From an uncultured virus (IMG/VR IMGVR_UViG_2718217767_000001) (taxonomy: Duplodnaviria > Heunggongvirae > Uroviricota > Caudoviricetes): a stretch of 20,000 nt of DNA. Below the pieces are notes generated by a model. It was not told the origin of the DNA. It saw only the letters and a program-made list of their open reading frames with translations, and did not search any database. This document shows positions 9,620 through 18,842 of this stretch, one piece after another (position 1 is the stretch's first letter; each line of letters starts with the position of its first letter). Made by a program: the position numbers and the translations under genes. Location: IMG/VR virus record IMGVR_UViG_2718217767_000001; one strand, written 5' to 3'.

Positions 9620-11548
9620 ATGGCTGACAGTTTCCAGTTAAAGGCCATTATCACTGCCGTTGACCAGTTATCGGGTCCGCTGAAAGGGATGCAGCGGGAA
9701 CTGAAGGGATTTCAGAAAGAAATGGCCGGGCTGGCGATCGGTGCTGCCGCTGCCGGGACCGCTGTTCTTGGGGCGCTGGCGCTGCCCGTGAATGCTGCGA
9801 TCGGCTTTGAGTCAAAAATGGCTGACATCCGGAAGGTGGTTGACGGCCTGGATGATAAAAAAGCATTCGCGCAGATGAGTGACGATATCCTGACGCTGTC
9901 CACACAGTTACCGATGGCGGCGGAGGGAATTGCAGAGATCGTGGCGGCGGGCGGGCAGGCAGGCATTGCCCGCGGCGATTTGATGCAGTTTGCGAACGAC
10001 GCAGTGAAAATGGGTGTGGCGTTTGATACCACTGCCGAAGAGTCCGGTCAGATGATGGCGCAGTGGCGGACAGCGTTCAGACTGACGCAGGAAGACGTGG
10101 TTGTCCTGGCCGATAAAATCAACTATCTGGGGAATACCGGCCCGGCAAATGCGAAGAAAATTTCTGATATCGTGACGCGGATTGGTCCGCTGGGCGGTGT
10201 TGCCGGAGTGGCATCCGGCGAAATTGCCGCGATGGGCGCCACCATTGCCGGGATGGGGGTTGAATCAGAAATTGCCTCCACCGGCATCAAAAACTTCATG
10301 CTGTCGTTAACCGCAGGTAATTCGGCAACCAAAGCCCAGAAACAGGCTATGGCTTTCCTGAAGCTGAATCCCCGGAAACTCGCTGAGGATATGCAAAAGG
10401 ATTCGCGCGGGGCCATGCTGAAGGTGCTGGACTCGCTCGCGAAAGTGCCAAAAGCTAAACAGGCCGCCGTCATGAATGCGCTGTTTGGCAAGGAGTCACT
10501 TAGCGCGATTGCCCCGCTGCTGACCAACCTGGATTTGTTACGCACCAATTTTGATCGTGTGGCTGATGCCCAGGAATATGGCGGCTCGATGCAGAAGGAA
10601 TACGCATCCCGCGCGTCCACAACAGAAAACCAGCTGGTTCTGCTGAAAAACAGCGTCAATGCGATTTCGGTAACGCTGGGCGATACCTTCCTGCCCGCCA
10701 TTAACGAAGCTGCAGAAGCGGTCATGCCTTACCTGGAGCAGCTCCGGACATTCGTTCGCGCGAATCCTGAACTGGTTCAGTCTGCGGCGAAGTTCGGCGC
10801 GGCGCTGCTGGCTGTTGGCGTATCCATTGGCAGCCTGTCCCGGGCTGTCAAAATCCTGAACAGTGTCATTAACCTCTCTCCGGCGAAAGTCGCCATTGCG
10901 GCGCTGGTGGCCGGCGCTATGCTGATCATTGAGAACTGGGACGATGTTGCTCCGGTGATTAAGGCGGTATGGCAGGAGGTCGATAACGTTGCGCAGGAGA
11001 TGGGCGGATGGGAGACGGTGATTGAAGGGGTTGGTCTGGTTATGGCTGGTTCTTTTACCGTCAGGACCATTGGTGCCCTGCAGCAGTCCGTCCTGCTGGC
11101 CGGACGGCTTTCCGGTCTGCTGGGTAAAATTGGCCGGATGGGGGCCATGACGCTGACAATTGGCGTGGCGGTGTCACTCTTTAAAGAGCTTAAGGATCTG
11201 GAGCAGGGGGCAAAGGATGCGGGTATGGATGCTGGCGCATTCGCTGTACAGAAGCTGCAAACGAAGGAGCGTGAACGCGGGTATAACGGTTTTATTCCCA
11301 GACTCAAAGAGCTTCTTGGTATGGACACCCCGATTCCGCAGGGGCGTTATCAACCTTATGTGCCACTGACCCGGCGTTCTGGCGTACTCGGGCGAGCTGT
11401 CCCGCCATCAACGCAGCGCAGCGAACTCAAAGTGACATTTGAGAATGCACCACAAGGTATGCGTGTGACTGATATACCGAAATCCGGTAATCCATTGATG
11501 AACATCAGCCATGATGTGGGTTACTCACCCTTTCGTACATCACGATAA
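9620..11548 (+). CDS. Tail tape measure protein (TP901-like core)
   Basis: 642 aa, Ala/Gly-rich and helical; 'AIGFESKMADIRKVV', 'LADKINYLGN', 'ALFGKE', 'LIIENWD'; follows the chaperone. Confidence 0.94.
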   Translation: MADSFQLKAIITAVDQLSGPLKGMQRELKGFQKEMAGLAIGAAAAGTAVLGALALPVNAAIGFESKMADIRKVVDGLDDKKAFAQMSDDILTLSTQLPMAAEGIAEIVAAGGQAGIARGDLMQFANDAVKMGVAFDTTAEESGQMMAQWRTAFRLTQEDVVVLADKINYLGNTGPANAKKISDIVTRIGPLGGVAGVASGEIAAMGATIAGMGVESEIASTGIKNFMLSLTAGNSATKAQKQAMAFLKLNPRKLAEDMQKDSRGAMLKVLDSLAKVPKAKQAAVMNALFGKESLSAIAPLLTNLDLLRTNFDRVADAQEYGGSMQKEYASRASTTENQLVLLKNSVNAISVTLGDTFLPAINEAAEAVMPYLEQLRTFVRANPELVQSAAKFGAALLAVGVSIGSLSRAVKILNSVINLSPAKVAIAALVAGAMLIIENWDDVAPVIKAVWQEVDNVAQEMGGWETVIEGVGLVMAGSFTVRTIGALQQSVLLAGRLSGLLGKIGRMGAMTLTIGVAVSLFKELKDLEQGAKDAGMDAGAFAVQKLQTKERERGYNGFIPRLKELLGMDTPIPQGRYQPYVPLTRRSGVLGRAVPPSTQRSELKVTFENAPQGMRVTDIPKSGNPLMNISHDVGYSPFRTSR

Positions 11549-11570
11549 ACCTGCTCCGGCAGGTTTTCTT
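11547..11570 (+). terminator. Stem-loop / probable leaky terminator after the tape measure gene
   Basis: AAACCTGC-TCCG-GCAGGTTT followed by TCTT; cUNCGg tetraloop. Confidence 0.55.
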
Positions 11571-11581
11571 ATGGGGTAAAT

Positions 11582-12922
11582 ATGGCTTTTTTCTCCTCAA
11601 CTGGCTGGCGCGGGCGCCTGCGTGATGCATCATTTCGTGGAGTGCCTTTCTCCGTTGAAGATGATGAAAGCACGTTTGGACGCCGCGTACAGGTACATGA
11701 ATATCCGAACAGGGATAAGCCCTGGACGGAGGATTTAGGTCGCGCCACGCGCCGCCTGACGATAAATGCTTATCTTGTCGGTGATGATTACGCAGACAGG
11801 CGGGATCGTCTTATTGGTGCCATTGAAACCGCAGGCCCTGGTACGCTGGTCCATCCGCAGTATGGCGAAATGCAGGGCAGCATTGACGGACAGGTCAGGA
11901 TCACTCACAGCAGTACAGAAGGGCGCATGTGTCGTGTCTCCTTTCAGTTTGTGGAAAGTGGTGAACTTTCTTTTCCTGTGGCGGGAATGGCAACGGCGAA
12001 GCGCCTGGAAACATCAGGCGGGCTTTTCGACGATGCGATTGACAGTATGTTTTCCACATTCTCGTTGTCAGGTATTTCTGATTTTATCCAGAACGATGTC
12101 ATTGCCGATGCTGCCTCCATGCTGGGCGATGTTGCCGATGCTTTCAGGATGGTTGACTCCGGCGTGTCTGCCGCAATGCGGCTGTTACAGGGGGATTTGT
12201 CTGTCATTCTGATGCCACCGGGCGCCGCAAGTGATTTCGTTAACGCACTGCAAAAAGCCTGGCGCTCAGGTGACAGGCTCAGAGGCAGTACATCGGATCT
12301 GGTCACGATGATAAAAACGATGTCAGGTATCACCCTTGATCCCGGTCTTTCCCCCCGTGGCACCTGGCCCACTGACTCCGGATCTGCTGCGAAACAGAAA
12401 ATGCAACGCAATATGATCGCAGCCGCCATCAGGACAACAGCCATCAGCACAGCCGTCCACGCCGTGACAACACTGAAGCAGCCGCGTGATGTACCTGATG
12501 TCCGGGGCGTAAATCAGCCTGCAGGAACAGGCCGTGACTCAGACATTATCACTGTCATGCACCCGGCGCTGGATGGTGTACAGACAGTCAGTAATGGCAG
12601 CTTTCCACCGAATTATGAAGATCTGAAAGCTATCCGGACCGCGCTCAATGCTGCGATTGACCAGGAGCAGTTGCGTATCCGGGATGATGTGCTTTTCCAG
12701 CAAATTTCCGTTATGCGGACGGATCTCAATCGCGATATTTCTGCACGACTGGCACAGGTTGAACGTACTGCATTGCGAACGCCTGATGATGTTCTGCCTG
12801 CACTGGTACTGGCTGCAGCCTGGTATGACGACGCCGGGCGGGAATCTGATATCCTCACTCGTAATCCCGTTCCCCATCCGGGATTTATCCCGGTTGAGCC
12901 GCTGAGGGTTCCGGTACGATGA
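11582..12922 (+). CDS. DNA circularization / tail-hub protein (Mu gpN-like)
   Basis: 'W..RLRDASFRGVPF', 'GRRVQVHEYPNRD...EDLGR', 'GPGTLVHP.YG', C-terminal 'RNP..HPGF.P'. Confidence 0.9.
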   Translation: MAFFSSTGWRGRLRDASFRGVPFSVEDDESTFGRRVQVHEYPNRDKPWTEDLGRATRRLTINAYLVGDDYADRRDRLIGAIETAGPGTLVHPQYGEMQGSIDGQVRITHSSTEGRMCRVSFQFVESGELSFPVAGMATAKRLETSGGLFDDAIDSMFSTFSLSGISDFIQNDVIADAASMLGDVADAFRMVDSGVSAAMRLLQGDLSVILMPPGAASDFVNALQKAWRSGDRLRGSTSDLVTMIKTMSGITLDPGLSPRGTWPTDSGSAAKQKMQRNMIAAAIRTTAISTAVHAVTTLKQPRDVPDVRGVNQPAGTGRDSDIITVMHPALDGVQTVSNGSFPPNYEDLKAIRTALNAAIDQEQLRIRDDVLFQQISVMRTDLNRDISARLAQVERTALRTPDDVLPALVLAAAWYDDAGRESDILTRNPVPHPGFIPVEPLRVPVR

Positions 12923-13977
12923 ATAATACGGTTTTTTTACGCGTCAACGGGCGTGACTGGGGAGGATGGACGTCAGTACGGATAAGTGCGGGCATTGACC
13001 GTATTGCCCGGGACTTTAATGTCTCGATCACCCGGCAGTGGCCTGGTGGAGAAGACGTACCGCCAGTAAAAAATGGTGACGCTGTAGAGGTACTCATTGG
13101 CGATGATTTAGTTATTACCGGCTGGGTTGAGGCGTTACCGCTACGTTATGATGCGCAGACCATTATGACGGGCATTGTCGGGCGCAGCAAAACGGCAGAT
13201 CTTATCGACTGTTCTGCATCGCCTGCACAGCATAACGGGAAAAATTTATTCCTGATCGCCAGCGCACTTGCCCGGCCATTCGGTGTGGACGTTGTTGATG
13301 CAGGCGCGCCGGCAGCCGCCGTTATTGAGGCTCAGCCGGAACATGGTGAAACGGTTGTGGACTGTCTGAACAGGCTGCTTGGACAGGCTCAGGCGCTGGC
13401 ATATGACGACGAACGGGGACGGCTGGTTCTCGGCAGGCCGGGCAGTATGAAAGCAGCCACGGCACTGGTACTTGGCGAAAATATTCTTTCCTGTGATACC
13501 GAGCGTAGTGTTCGTGAGCGTTTCTCCAGTTATCTGGTTACGGGGCAGCGTCCTGGTACGGATGACGATTTCGGCGAGGCAACCATTGCTGCTATCCGGC
13601 AGAGTACTGGTGATGCAGGCGTCACGCGGTATCGTCCCCACACCATTCAGCAGTCAGGAACTGCCACAACTGACAGCTGCAAATCCCGCTGTGAATTTGA
13701 AGCCCGTCAGCGTGCGGCGAAAACGCTGGAAACCACCTATACCGTACAGGGATGGAGACAGGGGAATGGCGAATTGTGGAAACCGAATCAGGCCGTGGTG
13801 GTGTATGACCCGCTGAACGGTTTTGACAATGAAACGCTGGTGATCGCCGAAGTGACGTACAGCCAGGACAATAACGGCACCCTGACCGAAATCCGGGTGG
13901 GGCCTGCGGATGCCTATCTTCCTGAACCATTCAGGCCGAAAGCGAAGAAAAAAGTCAGTGAGGAGGCAGATTTCTGA
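12919..13977 (+). CDS. Baseplate hub protein (Mu gpP/gp44-like)
   Basis: 'GWTSVRI', 'GRSKTADLIDCS', 'LVLGENIL', 'ERFSSY.V.GQ', 'TVQGWRQ..G.LW.PN'. Confidence 0.9.
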   Translation: MNNTVFLRVNGRDWGGWTSVRISAGIDRIARDFNVSITRQWPGGEDVPPVKNGDAVEVLIGDDLVITGWVEALPLRYDAQTIMTGIVGRSKTADLIDCSASPAQHNGKNLFLIASALARPFGVDVVDAGAPAAAVIEAQPEHGETVVDCLNRLLGQAQALAYDDERGRLVLGRPGSMKAATALVLGENILSCDTERSVRERFSSYLVTGQRPGTDDDFGEATIAAIRQSTGDAGVTRYRPHTIQQSGTATTDSCKSRCEFEARQRAAKTLETTYTVQGWRQGNGELWKPNQAVVVYDPLNGFDNETLVIAEVTYSQDNNGTLTEIRVGPADAYLPEPFRPKAKKKVSEEADF

Positions 13978-14510
13978 TGGCTAACCATCCTCTTCAGAAC
14001 ATGATAACGCGCGCAGTCATTACCGCGATTGATACCGTCAGAAAATGCCAGACTGCCGGACTGAAACTTATTGCCGGTGAAAAAAAAGAGAATGTGGAGC
14101 ATCTTGAACCTTACGGTTTCACCTCTGCAGCACAGAATGGCGCAGAAGCGGTGGTATTGTTTCCCGGCGGTGGCCGTTCGCACGGAGTGGCTGTGGTTGT
14201 GGCTGACCGCCGCTTCAGACTGAAAGGGCTGGCGCGCGGGGAAGTCGCGCTATATGACGATCAGGGGCAGTCGGTCACATTAACCCGAGCCGGAATAGTG
14301 GTAAATGGCGGCGGAAAGCCAGTTATTTTCACGAATGCCACTAAAGCACGTTTTGAAATGCCGATCGAATCCACTGGCGATATCAGGGACAACTGTGACA
14401 GCAGTGGAAAAACGATGGCTGAAATGCGCACGACCTATAACGGTCATACCCATAAAGAAAATGGCGATGGCGGCGGTATAACCGATAAGCCTGGCCAACC
14501 CATGAGCTGA
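13977..14510 (+). CDS. Baseplate spike protein (Mu gp45 / P2 gpV-like)
   Basis: 'EHLEPYGFTS', 'L..GEVALYD..G' and a C-terminal HxH metal-binding motif (NGHTH, His codons at 14445 and 14451). Confidence 0.9.
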   Translation: MANHPLQNMITRAVITAIDTVRKCQTAGLKLIAGEKKENVEHLEPYGFTSAAQNGAEAVVLFPGGGRSHGVAVVVADRRFRLKGLARGEVALYDDQGQSVTLTRAGIVVNGGGKPVIFTNATKARFEMPIESTGDIRDNCDSSGKTMAEMRTTYNGHTHKENGDGGGITDKPGQPMS

Positions 14511-14514
14511 CACC

Positions 14515-14928
14515 ATGATCCTTTATGTTAATGGAATCCGTAAGGATGCCACGGCTTCGCTCGACTTTCTGACGCGGGCAGTGGTGATTTCTCTTTTTAC
14601 CTGGCGCCGGGCGGAGCGGGATGACAGGACCCCACAGCCATACGGCTGGTGGGGGGACACCTGGCCTGCTGTTCAGAATGACCGCATCGGTTCCCGCCTC
14701 TACCTGCTGAAACGCCGCAAACTCACCAATAAAACGCCGCAGGATGCCCGCGAATACATGCAGCAGGCGCTGGCGTGGATGACAGACGATGGCGTGGCGG
14801 CACGTATTGATGTGACATCTGAACGCACAGGAACAGATACCCTGGCAGCTGGCGTGACGATATATCAGCGGGACGGGGTAATTCACAATATTACATTCGA
14901 TGATATATGGAGCAAACTTAATGGCTGA
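14515..14928 (+). CDS. Baseplate wedge protein (Mu gp46-like)
   Basis: 'AVVISLFTWRRA', 'GWWGD', 'GSRLYLL.R.K', 'ALAWM..DG'. Confidence 0.9.
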   Translation: MILYVNGIRKDATASLDFLTRAVVISLFTWRRAERDDRTPQPYGWWGDTWPAVQNDRIGSRLYLLKRRKLTNKTPQDAREYMQQALAWMTDDGVAARIDVTSERTGTDTLAAGVTIYQRDGVIHNITFDDIWSKLNG

Positions 14929-16000
14929 CAGTCAATTTGCACGTCCTGAACTTCCTCAGTTGATTGCTACCATTCGCAGCGATTTACTGACCCGTTTTCA
15001 GCAGGATGTTGTGTTACGTCGCATGGATGCCGAGGTTTACAGCCGGGTACAGGCTGCTGCCGTACATACGCTGTATGGTTATATCGATTATCTGGCCCGG
15101 AATATGCTGCCTGATATGTGTGATGAGGACTGGCTTTACCGTCACGCGAGGATTAAGCGTTGTCCCAGGAAAAATGCCGTATCTGCGAAGGGATTTGCAC
15201 GCTGGGATGGTATTGCCGGAACGCCGGAGATCCCCGCGGGTACACAGATTCAGCGGGATGATCAGGTTACATTCACGACCCTGCAGACGGTGAAAGCTTC
15301 CGGCGGCCTGTTACGTGTGCCGGTTATTGCTGATGTGGCGGGAACTGCCGGTAATACTGACGATGGTACGGCGTTACGCCTTGGCACGCCGATTACTGGT
15401 ATTCCTTCTACAGGTTACGCTGACACTCTGACCGGGGGGGCTGATACAGAGGAGCCTGAAACGTGGCGCGCGCGCGTCATGGAACGCTATTACTGGATAC
15501 CACAGGGGGGCGCTGATCCTGATTACGTCATCTGGGCAAAGGAAATCGCGGGAATAACCCGTGCGTGGACATTCCGCCATTATAAGGGGACCGGCACCGT
15601 TGGTGTGATGGTGGCTACCAGTAACCCGGTGAATCCGGCTCCTGGCGACGATCTCGTTAAGGCTGTACGTGACCATATTTTGCCGCTGGCACCTGTTGCT
15701 GGCGGCGGACTCTTTGTTTTCGCTGCCACTGAAAAAAGCATTCCGGTAACAGTCGCACTGGCCAAAGATACCCCGGAAATTCGTACTGCCATTATTGCGG
15801 AGCTAAATGCGCTGATGCTGCGTGATGGCGCGCCGTCCGGAAAAATTTATGTTTCGCGAATCAGCGAGGCGATAAGTCTGGCGACCGGGGAAGTGGCACA
15901 TCAGCTGCGTGTGCCGGCGGCAGATGTGGTGCTGGGAAAAACTGAACTTCCTGTCCTGGGGAATATAACCTGGGCCACCTATACCGGGGAGAACGGATAA
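14921..16000 (+). CDS. Baseplate J-like protein (Mu gp47-like), intact
   Basis: 'GGAD.E..E.WR.R', 'PQGGA..DY..WA', 'GTGTVGV'; ATG 14921 with RBS GGAG; uninterrupted 359 codons. Confidence 0.92.
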   Translation: MADSQFARPELPQLIATIRSDLLTRFQQDVVLRRMDAEVYSRVQAAAVHTLYGYIDYLARNMLPDMCDEDWLYRHARIKRCPRKNAVSAKGFARWDGIAGTPEIPAGTQIQRDDQVTFTTLQTVKASGGLLRVPVIADVAGTAGNTDDGTALRLGTPITGIPSTGYADTLTGGADTEEPETWRARVMERYYWIPQGGADPDYVIWAKEIAGITRAWTFRHYKGTGTVGVMVATSNPVNPAPGDDLVKAVRDHILPLAPVAGGGLFVFAATEKSIPVTVALAKDTPEIRTAIIAELNALMLRDGAPSGKIYVSRISEAISLATGEVAHQLRVPAADVVLGKTELPVLGNITWATYTGENG

Positions 16001-16002
16001 CT

Positions 16003-16590
16003 ATGGCATTACAGGACGAATATACGCAGTTACTTTATCACCTTCTGCCGGAAGGGCCTGCCTGGGACGGAGAAAACCCACTGATTGAAGGGCTGGCGCC
16101 GTCGCTGAACCGGGTACATCAGAGAGCGGATGAACTGATGGCTGAAATTGATCCGGCCAGAACCACAGAACTGATAGACCGTTATGAACAGCTGTATGGC
16201 CTGCCTGATTCCTGTGCACCGGAAGGCGTTCAGACATTACAGCAGCGCCAGCAACGGCTGGATGCAAAGGCAAATGTTGCTGGCGGTATAAACGAGAGGT
16301 TTTATCGGGAACAGCTTGATGCGTTGGGGTATACCGCTGCCACCATTGAGCAGTTTCAGAATCTCGACAGCACACCCGATCCTGAATGGGGGGAATTCTG
16401 GCGTTACTACTGGCGTGTGAATATTCCGGCTGATGCGAACATCAGCTGGCAGACCTGTACAAGCACCTGCGACTCTGCGATCAGAACGTGGGGCGATACT
16501 GTTGCTGAATGTGTGATTGATAAGCTTTGTCCGTCACATACGGTTGTTGTTTTTGCTTATCCGGAAGGAAAAGAGAATGCACAGAATTGA
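16003..16590 (+). CDS. Baseplate protein (Mu gp48 / YmfQ / DUF2313-like)
   Basis: 'LLP.GPAW', 'E.DP..T.ELI..YE..YGLPD.C', 'EC.I.KL.PSHT.V.FAY'. Confidence 0.88.
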   Translation: MALQDEYTQLLYHLLPEGPAWDGENPLIEGLAPSLNRVHQRADELMAEIDPARTTELIDRYEQLYGLPDSCAPEGVQTLQQRQQRLDAKANVAGGINERFYREQLDALGYTAATIEQFQNLDSTPDPEWGEFWRYYWRVNIPADANISWQTCTSTCDSAIRTWGDTVAECVIDKLCPSHTVVVFAYPEGKENAQN

Positions 16591-18139
16591 TACGCCCACC
16601 GCGCAAAAAGATAAATTTGGTCAGGGAAAAAACGGATTTACGAATGGTGATCCCGCCACGGGCCGCCGCGCAACGGATCTCAACAGTGATATGTGGGATG
16701 CAGTCCAGGAAGAGGTCTGTACTGTTATTGAAGCCGCCGGCATACCACTCAGTAAAGGCGAACATACGCAGCTTCACGCCGCCATTGGCAGGCTGATCGA
16801 TGAACAGGTTAAAACCCGTCTTGAAAAAAATCAGAATGGCGCGGACATCCCGAATAAGCCGCTGTTTCTCCAGAACGTCGGTTTAGGAGAAACGATAAAT
16901 CTCGCTGCAGGGGCCCTGCAAAAATCGCAGAACGGCGGCGATATTCCTGACAAAAAACAATTTGCGAGAACCATCGGTGCGGTAACGTCAACCACCATTA
17001 CACTTGGCGAATCAGGCTGGTTCAAAATCGCCACGGTTGTAATGCCGCAGGCTACATCAACTGCGGTGATTAAACTGTACGGTGGGGCGGGGTTTAACGC
17101 TGGTTCACCTGAACAGGCGGCAATCAGCGAACTGGTATTGCGTGCCGGTAATGGTTCACCTGTTGNAATAACCGCCACATTATGGAGGCGTTCACCTTCT
17201 GCTGCTAACGAGGTCGCATGGGTTAATACATCAGGCGACACCTACGATATTTATATTAATATCGGCCAGTATGCGTACTGGTTAATTGCGCAATATGATT
17301 ACACCGGTAATGCAAATGTCACGCTGCACAGTACGCCTGAATATTCATCAGTTCAGCCGGGAAACTCAACCAGCGGTCAGACATATACACTGTTTAATAG
17401 TCTGATGAAACCCACAGCCGGTGACGTTGAGGCACTGTCAGTTAATGGAGGGAGGCTAAACGGTCCGTTAGGCATTGGTACTGATAATGCGCTGGGTGGT
17501 AATTCGATTGTATTCGGAGATAACGATACAGGGTTTAAGTGGCACAGTGACGGCGTTCTGGGGATTTATGCCAATAATGCTCTGGTTGGTTATATCGACA
17601 ATTCCGGGCTGCACATGTCAGTAGATGTTCTCACTAATGGTGCCGTACGCGCAGGCAACGCAAAAAAACTGTCACTGACGAGCAATAATAATTCGACAAT
17701 GACAGCCACGTTTAATTTATGGGGCGACGCAAACAGGCCAACAGTTATTGAACTGGACGACGATCAGGGATGGCATCTGTACAGCCAGCGAAATCCTGAC
17801 GGTTCGATTGTCTTTACGGTCAATGGAGATATCACCGCTAACACGCTTCGTGCAAGCGGGGCTATCTATCAGAATAACGGCGACATCTTTGGTTCGCTAT
17901 GGGGAAATGGCTGGTTAAGTACCTGGATTAATAATAATCTCGTCTTAGATGTTCAGTTAGGGGCTGGCACATCAGTGACTACCTGGAACAATGCAGGTTC
18001 CTGGCCTAACACTCCCGGATATGTAGTTACCTCCGTCTGGAAAGATTATCAGGGCGAAAATATTGATGGTATTAATTATGCGCCTTTGCAAAAACGAGTC
18101 GGGAGTCAGTGGTATACCGTACAAGGGGGAACGGTATAA
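16577..18139 (+). CDS. Tail fibre protein, 520 aa
   Basis: Mu/SfV-type N-terminus '[22 protein letters not shown]', two 'L.K.QNG.DIP.K' repeats, Gly/Asn-rich distal part ('[12 protein letters not shown]', 'NNGDIFGS.W'). One N at 17166 (codon GNA) cannot create a stop. Confidence 0.92.
   Translation: MHRIDTPTAQKDKFGQGKNGFTNGDPATGRRATDLNSDMWDAVQEEVCTVIEAAGIPLSKGEHTQLHAAIGRLIDEQVKTRLEKNQNGADIPNKPLFLQNVGLGETINLAAGALQKSQNGGDIPDKKQFARTIGAVTSTTITLGESGWFKIATVVMPQATSTAVIKLYGGAGFNAGSPEQAAISELVLRAGNGSPVXITATLWRRSPSAANEVAWVNTSGDTYDIYINIGQYAYWLIAQYDYTGNANVTLHSTPEYSSVQPGNSTSGQTYTLFNSLMKPTAGDVEALSVNGGRLNGPLGIGTDNALGGNSIVFGDNDTGFKWHSDGVLGIYANNALVGYIDNSGLHMSVDVLTNGAVRAGNAKKLSLTSNNNSTMTATFNLWGDANRPTVIELDDDQGWHLYSQRNPDGSIVFTVNGDITANTLRASGAIYQNNGDIFGSLWGNGWLSTWINNNLVLDVQLGAGTSVTTWNNAGSWPNTPGYVVTSVWKDYQGENIDGINYAPLQKRVGSQWYTVQGGTV
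16866..16891. other. hix/gix/pix-like DNA invertase crossover site (single copy in window)
   Basis: TTCTCCAGAACG-TC-GGTTTAGGAGAA: 12-2-12 imperfect palindrome with 9/12 arm symmetry. Reverse strand TTCTCCTAAACC-GA-CGTTCTGGAGAA fits the Hin/Gin/Cin/Pin consensus TT-TC--AAACC-NA-GGTTT--GA-AA. Confidence 0.72.
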
Positions 18140-18708
18140 TGAAAAAATATCAGAATATCAAAAATTTCAGACTTATTGACGCGCCCGTAAACAGGGATAA
18201 AACTCAGGCTGAAATAAATATAGGTGCATATTTTCTGGAGTCGGACGATGGACAGGACTGGTATGAGTGTCAGTCATTATTTTCTGATGATACTGCAAAA
18301 ATAATGTACGACCATGAGGGGGTTATCTGGGGTGTTGTTAATAAGCCAGTCCCGCAACGAGGAAACACATATTCTGTATCAATGTTGTGGCCGGTTAATA
18401 TGTCTGTTGCGGAAATAGACGCTGCTGACTGCCCTGATGATTGCCGTGGTGATGGTACGTGGTTATATCAGGACGGTAAAGTCGTTCAACGGGGTTATTC
18501 TCCGGAAGAGCTGCGTAAAAAGGCGGAGGCTGAAAAAGTTCGCCGCCTTGCTGAGGCTGAATCAGCCATCGCACCACTGGCACGGGCAGTAAAACTAAAA
18601 ATTGCCACAGATGAAGAGATTAAACGGCTGGAAGCATGGGAACTTTATAGCGTAATGGTAAACAGGGTGGATACATCTGCGCCTGACTGGCCGGATATAC
18701 CACGCTAA
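18139..18708 (+). CDS. Tail fibre assembly chaperone (Tfa / P2 gpG-like), 189 aa
   Basis: 'FLESDDGQDWYECQ..F', 'IAPL..AV.L.IATDEE...L.AW..Y.V.VNRVD....P.WP..P'; TAATG coupling to the fibre gene. Confidence 0.9.
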   Translation: MKKYQNIKNFRLIDAPVNRDKTQAEINIGAYFLESDDGQDWYECQSLFSDDTAKIMYDHEGVIWGVVNKPVPQRGNTYSVSMLWPVNMSVAEIDAADCPDDCRGDGTWLYQDGKVVQRGYSPEELRKKAEAEKVRRLAEAESAIAPLARAVKLKIATDEEIKRLEAWELYSVMVNRVDTSAPDWPDIPR

Positions 18709-18714
18709 ATATTC

Positions 18715-18744
18715 AGGCGGGTTTATTACCCGCCTTTTCTTTTT
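18715..18744 (+). terminator. Intrinsic terminator ending the late operon
   Basis: AGGCGGGT-ttatt-ACCCGCCT perfect 8-bp stem followed by TTTCTTTTT. Confidence 0.88.
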
Positions 18745-18752
18745 CCTGTCGT

Positions 18753-18842
18753 TGTGCCATCAACCTGACAGCCGGTACAAATAGCCCCCTCTTGTGTACT
18801 GACCTGAAAATATACTCACCCCTTAACCACGGAGTTAACCGG
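18753..18842 (+). promoter_or_regulatory. Relic P2-type late promoter (pF-like) with Ogr/Delta box, and FI leader
   Basis: TGT-N12-ACA at 18753-18770, poor -35 (ATAGCC, 18781), -10-like GAAAAT (18806-18811), and leader 'TTAACCACGGAGTTAACCGG-ATG' resembling the P2 FI leader as I recall it. Confidence 0.62.

Noticed and set aside
9620..14932. Identical 12-mer ATGGCTGACAGT at the starts of the tape measure (9620) and baseplate J (14921) genes
   Set aside because: Short, and largely explained by the same ATGGCTGA start/stop overlap; similarity does not extend on either side.
17166..17166. Ambiguous base N in the tail fibre gene
   Set aside because: A sequencing or assembly ambiguity; codon GNA is sense for any base (probably Gly), so it is not evidence of a pseudogene or a variable site.
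505..17241. Many antisense and alternate-frame ORFs in the track (e.g. 3702-4421, 5664-6329, 10123-10725, 10777-11328, 11944-12450, 14383-14886)
   Set aside because: They overlap well-supported phage genes, show no recognisable motifs, and are the expected shadow ORFs of GC-rich coding DNA.
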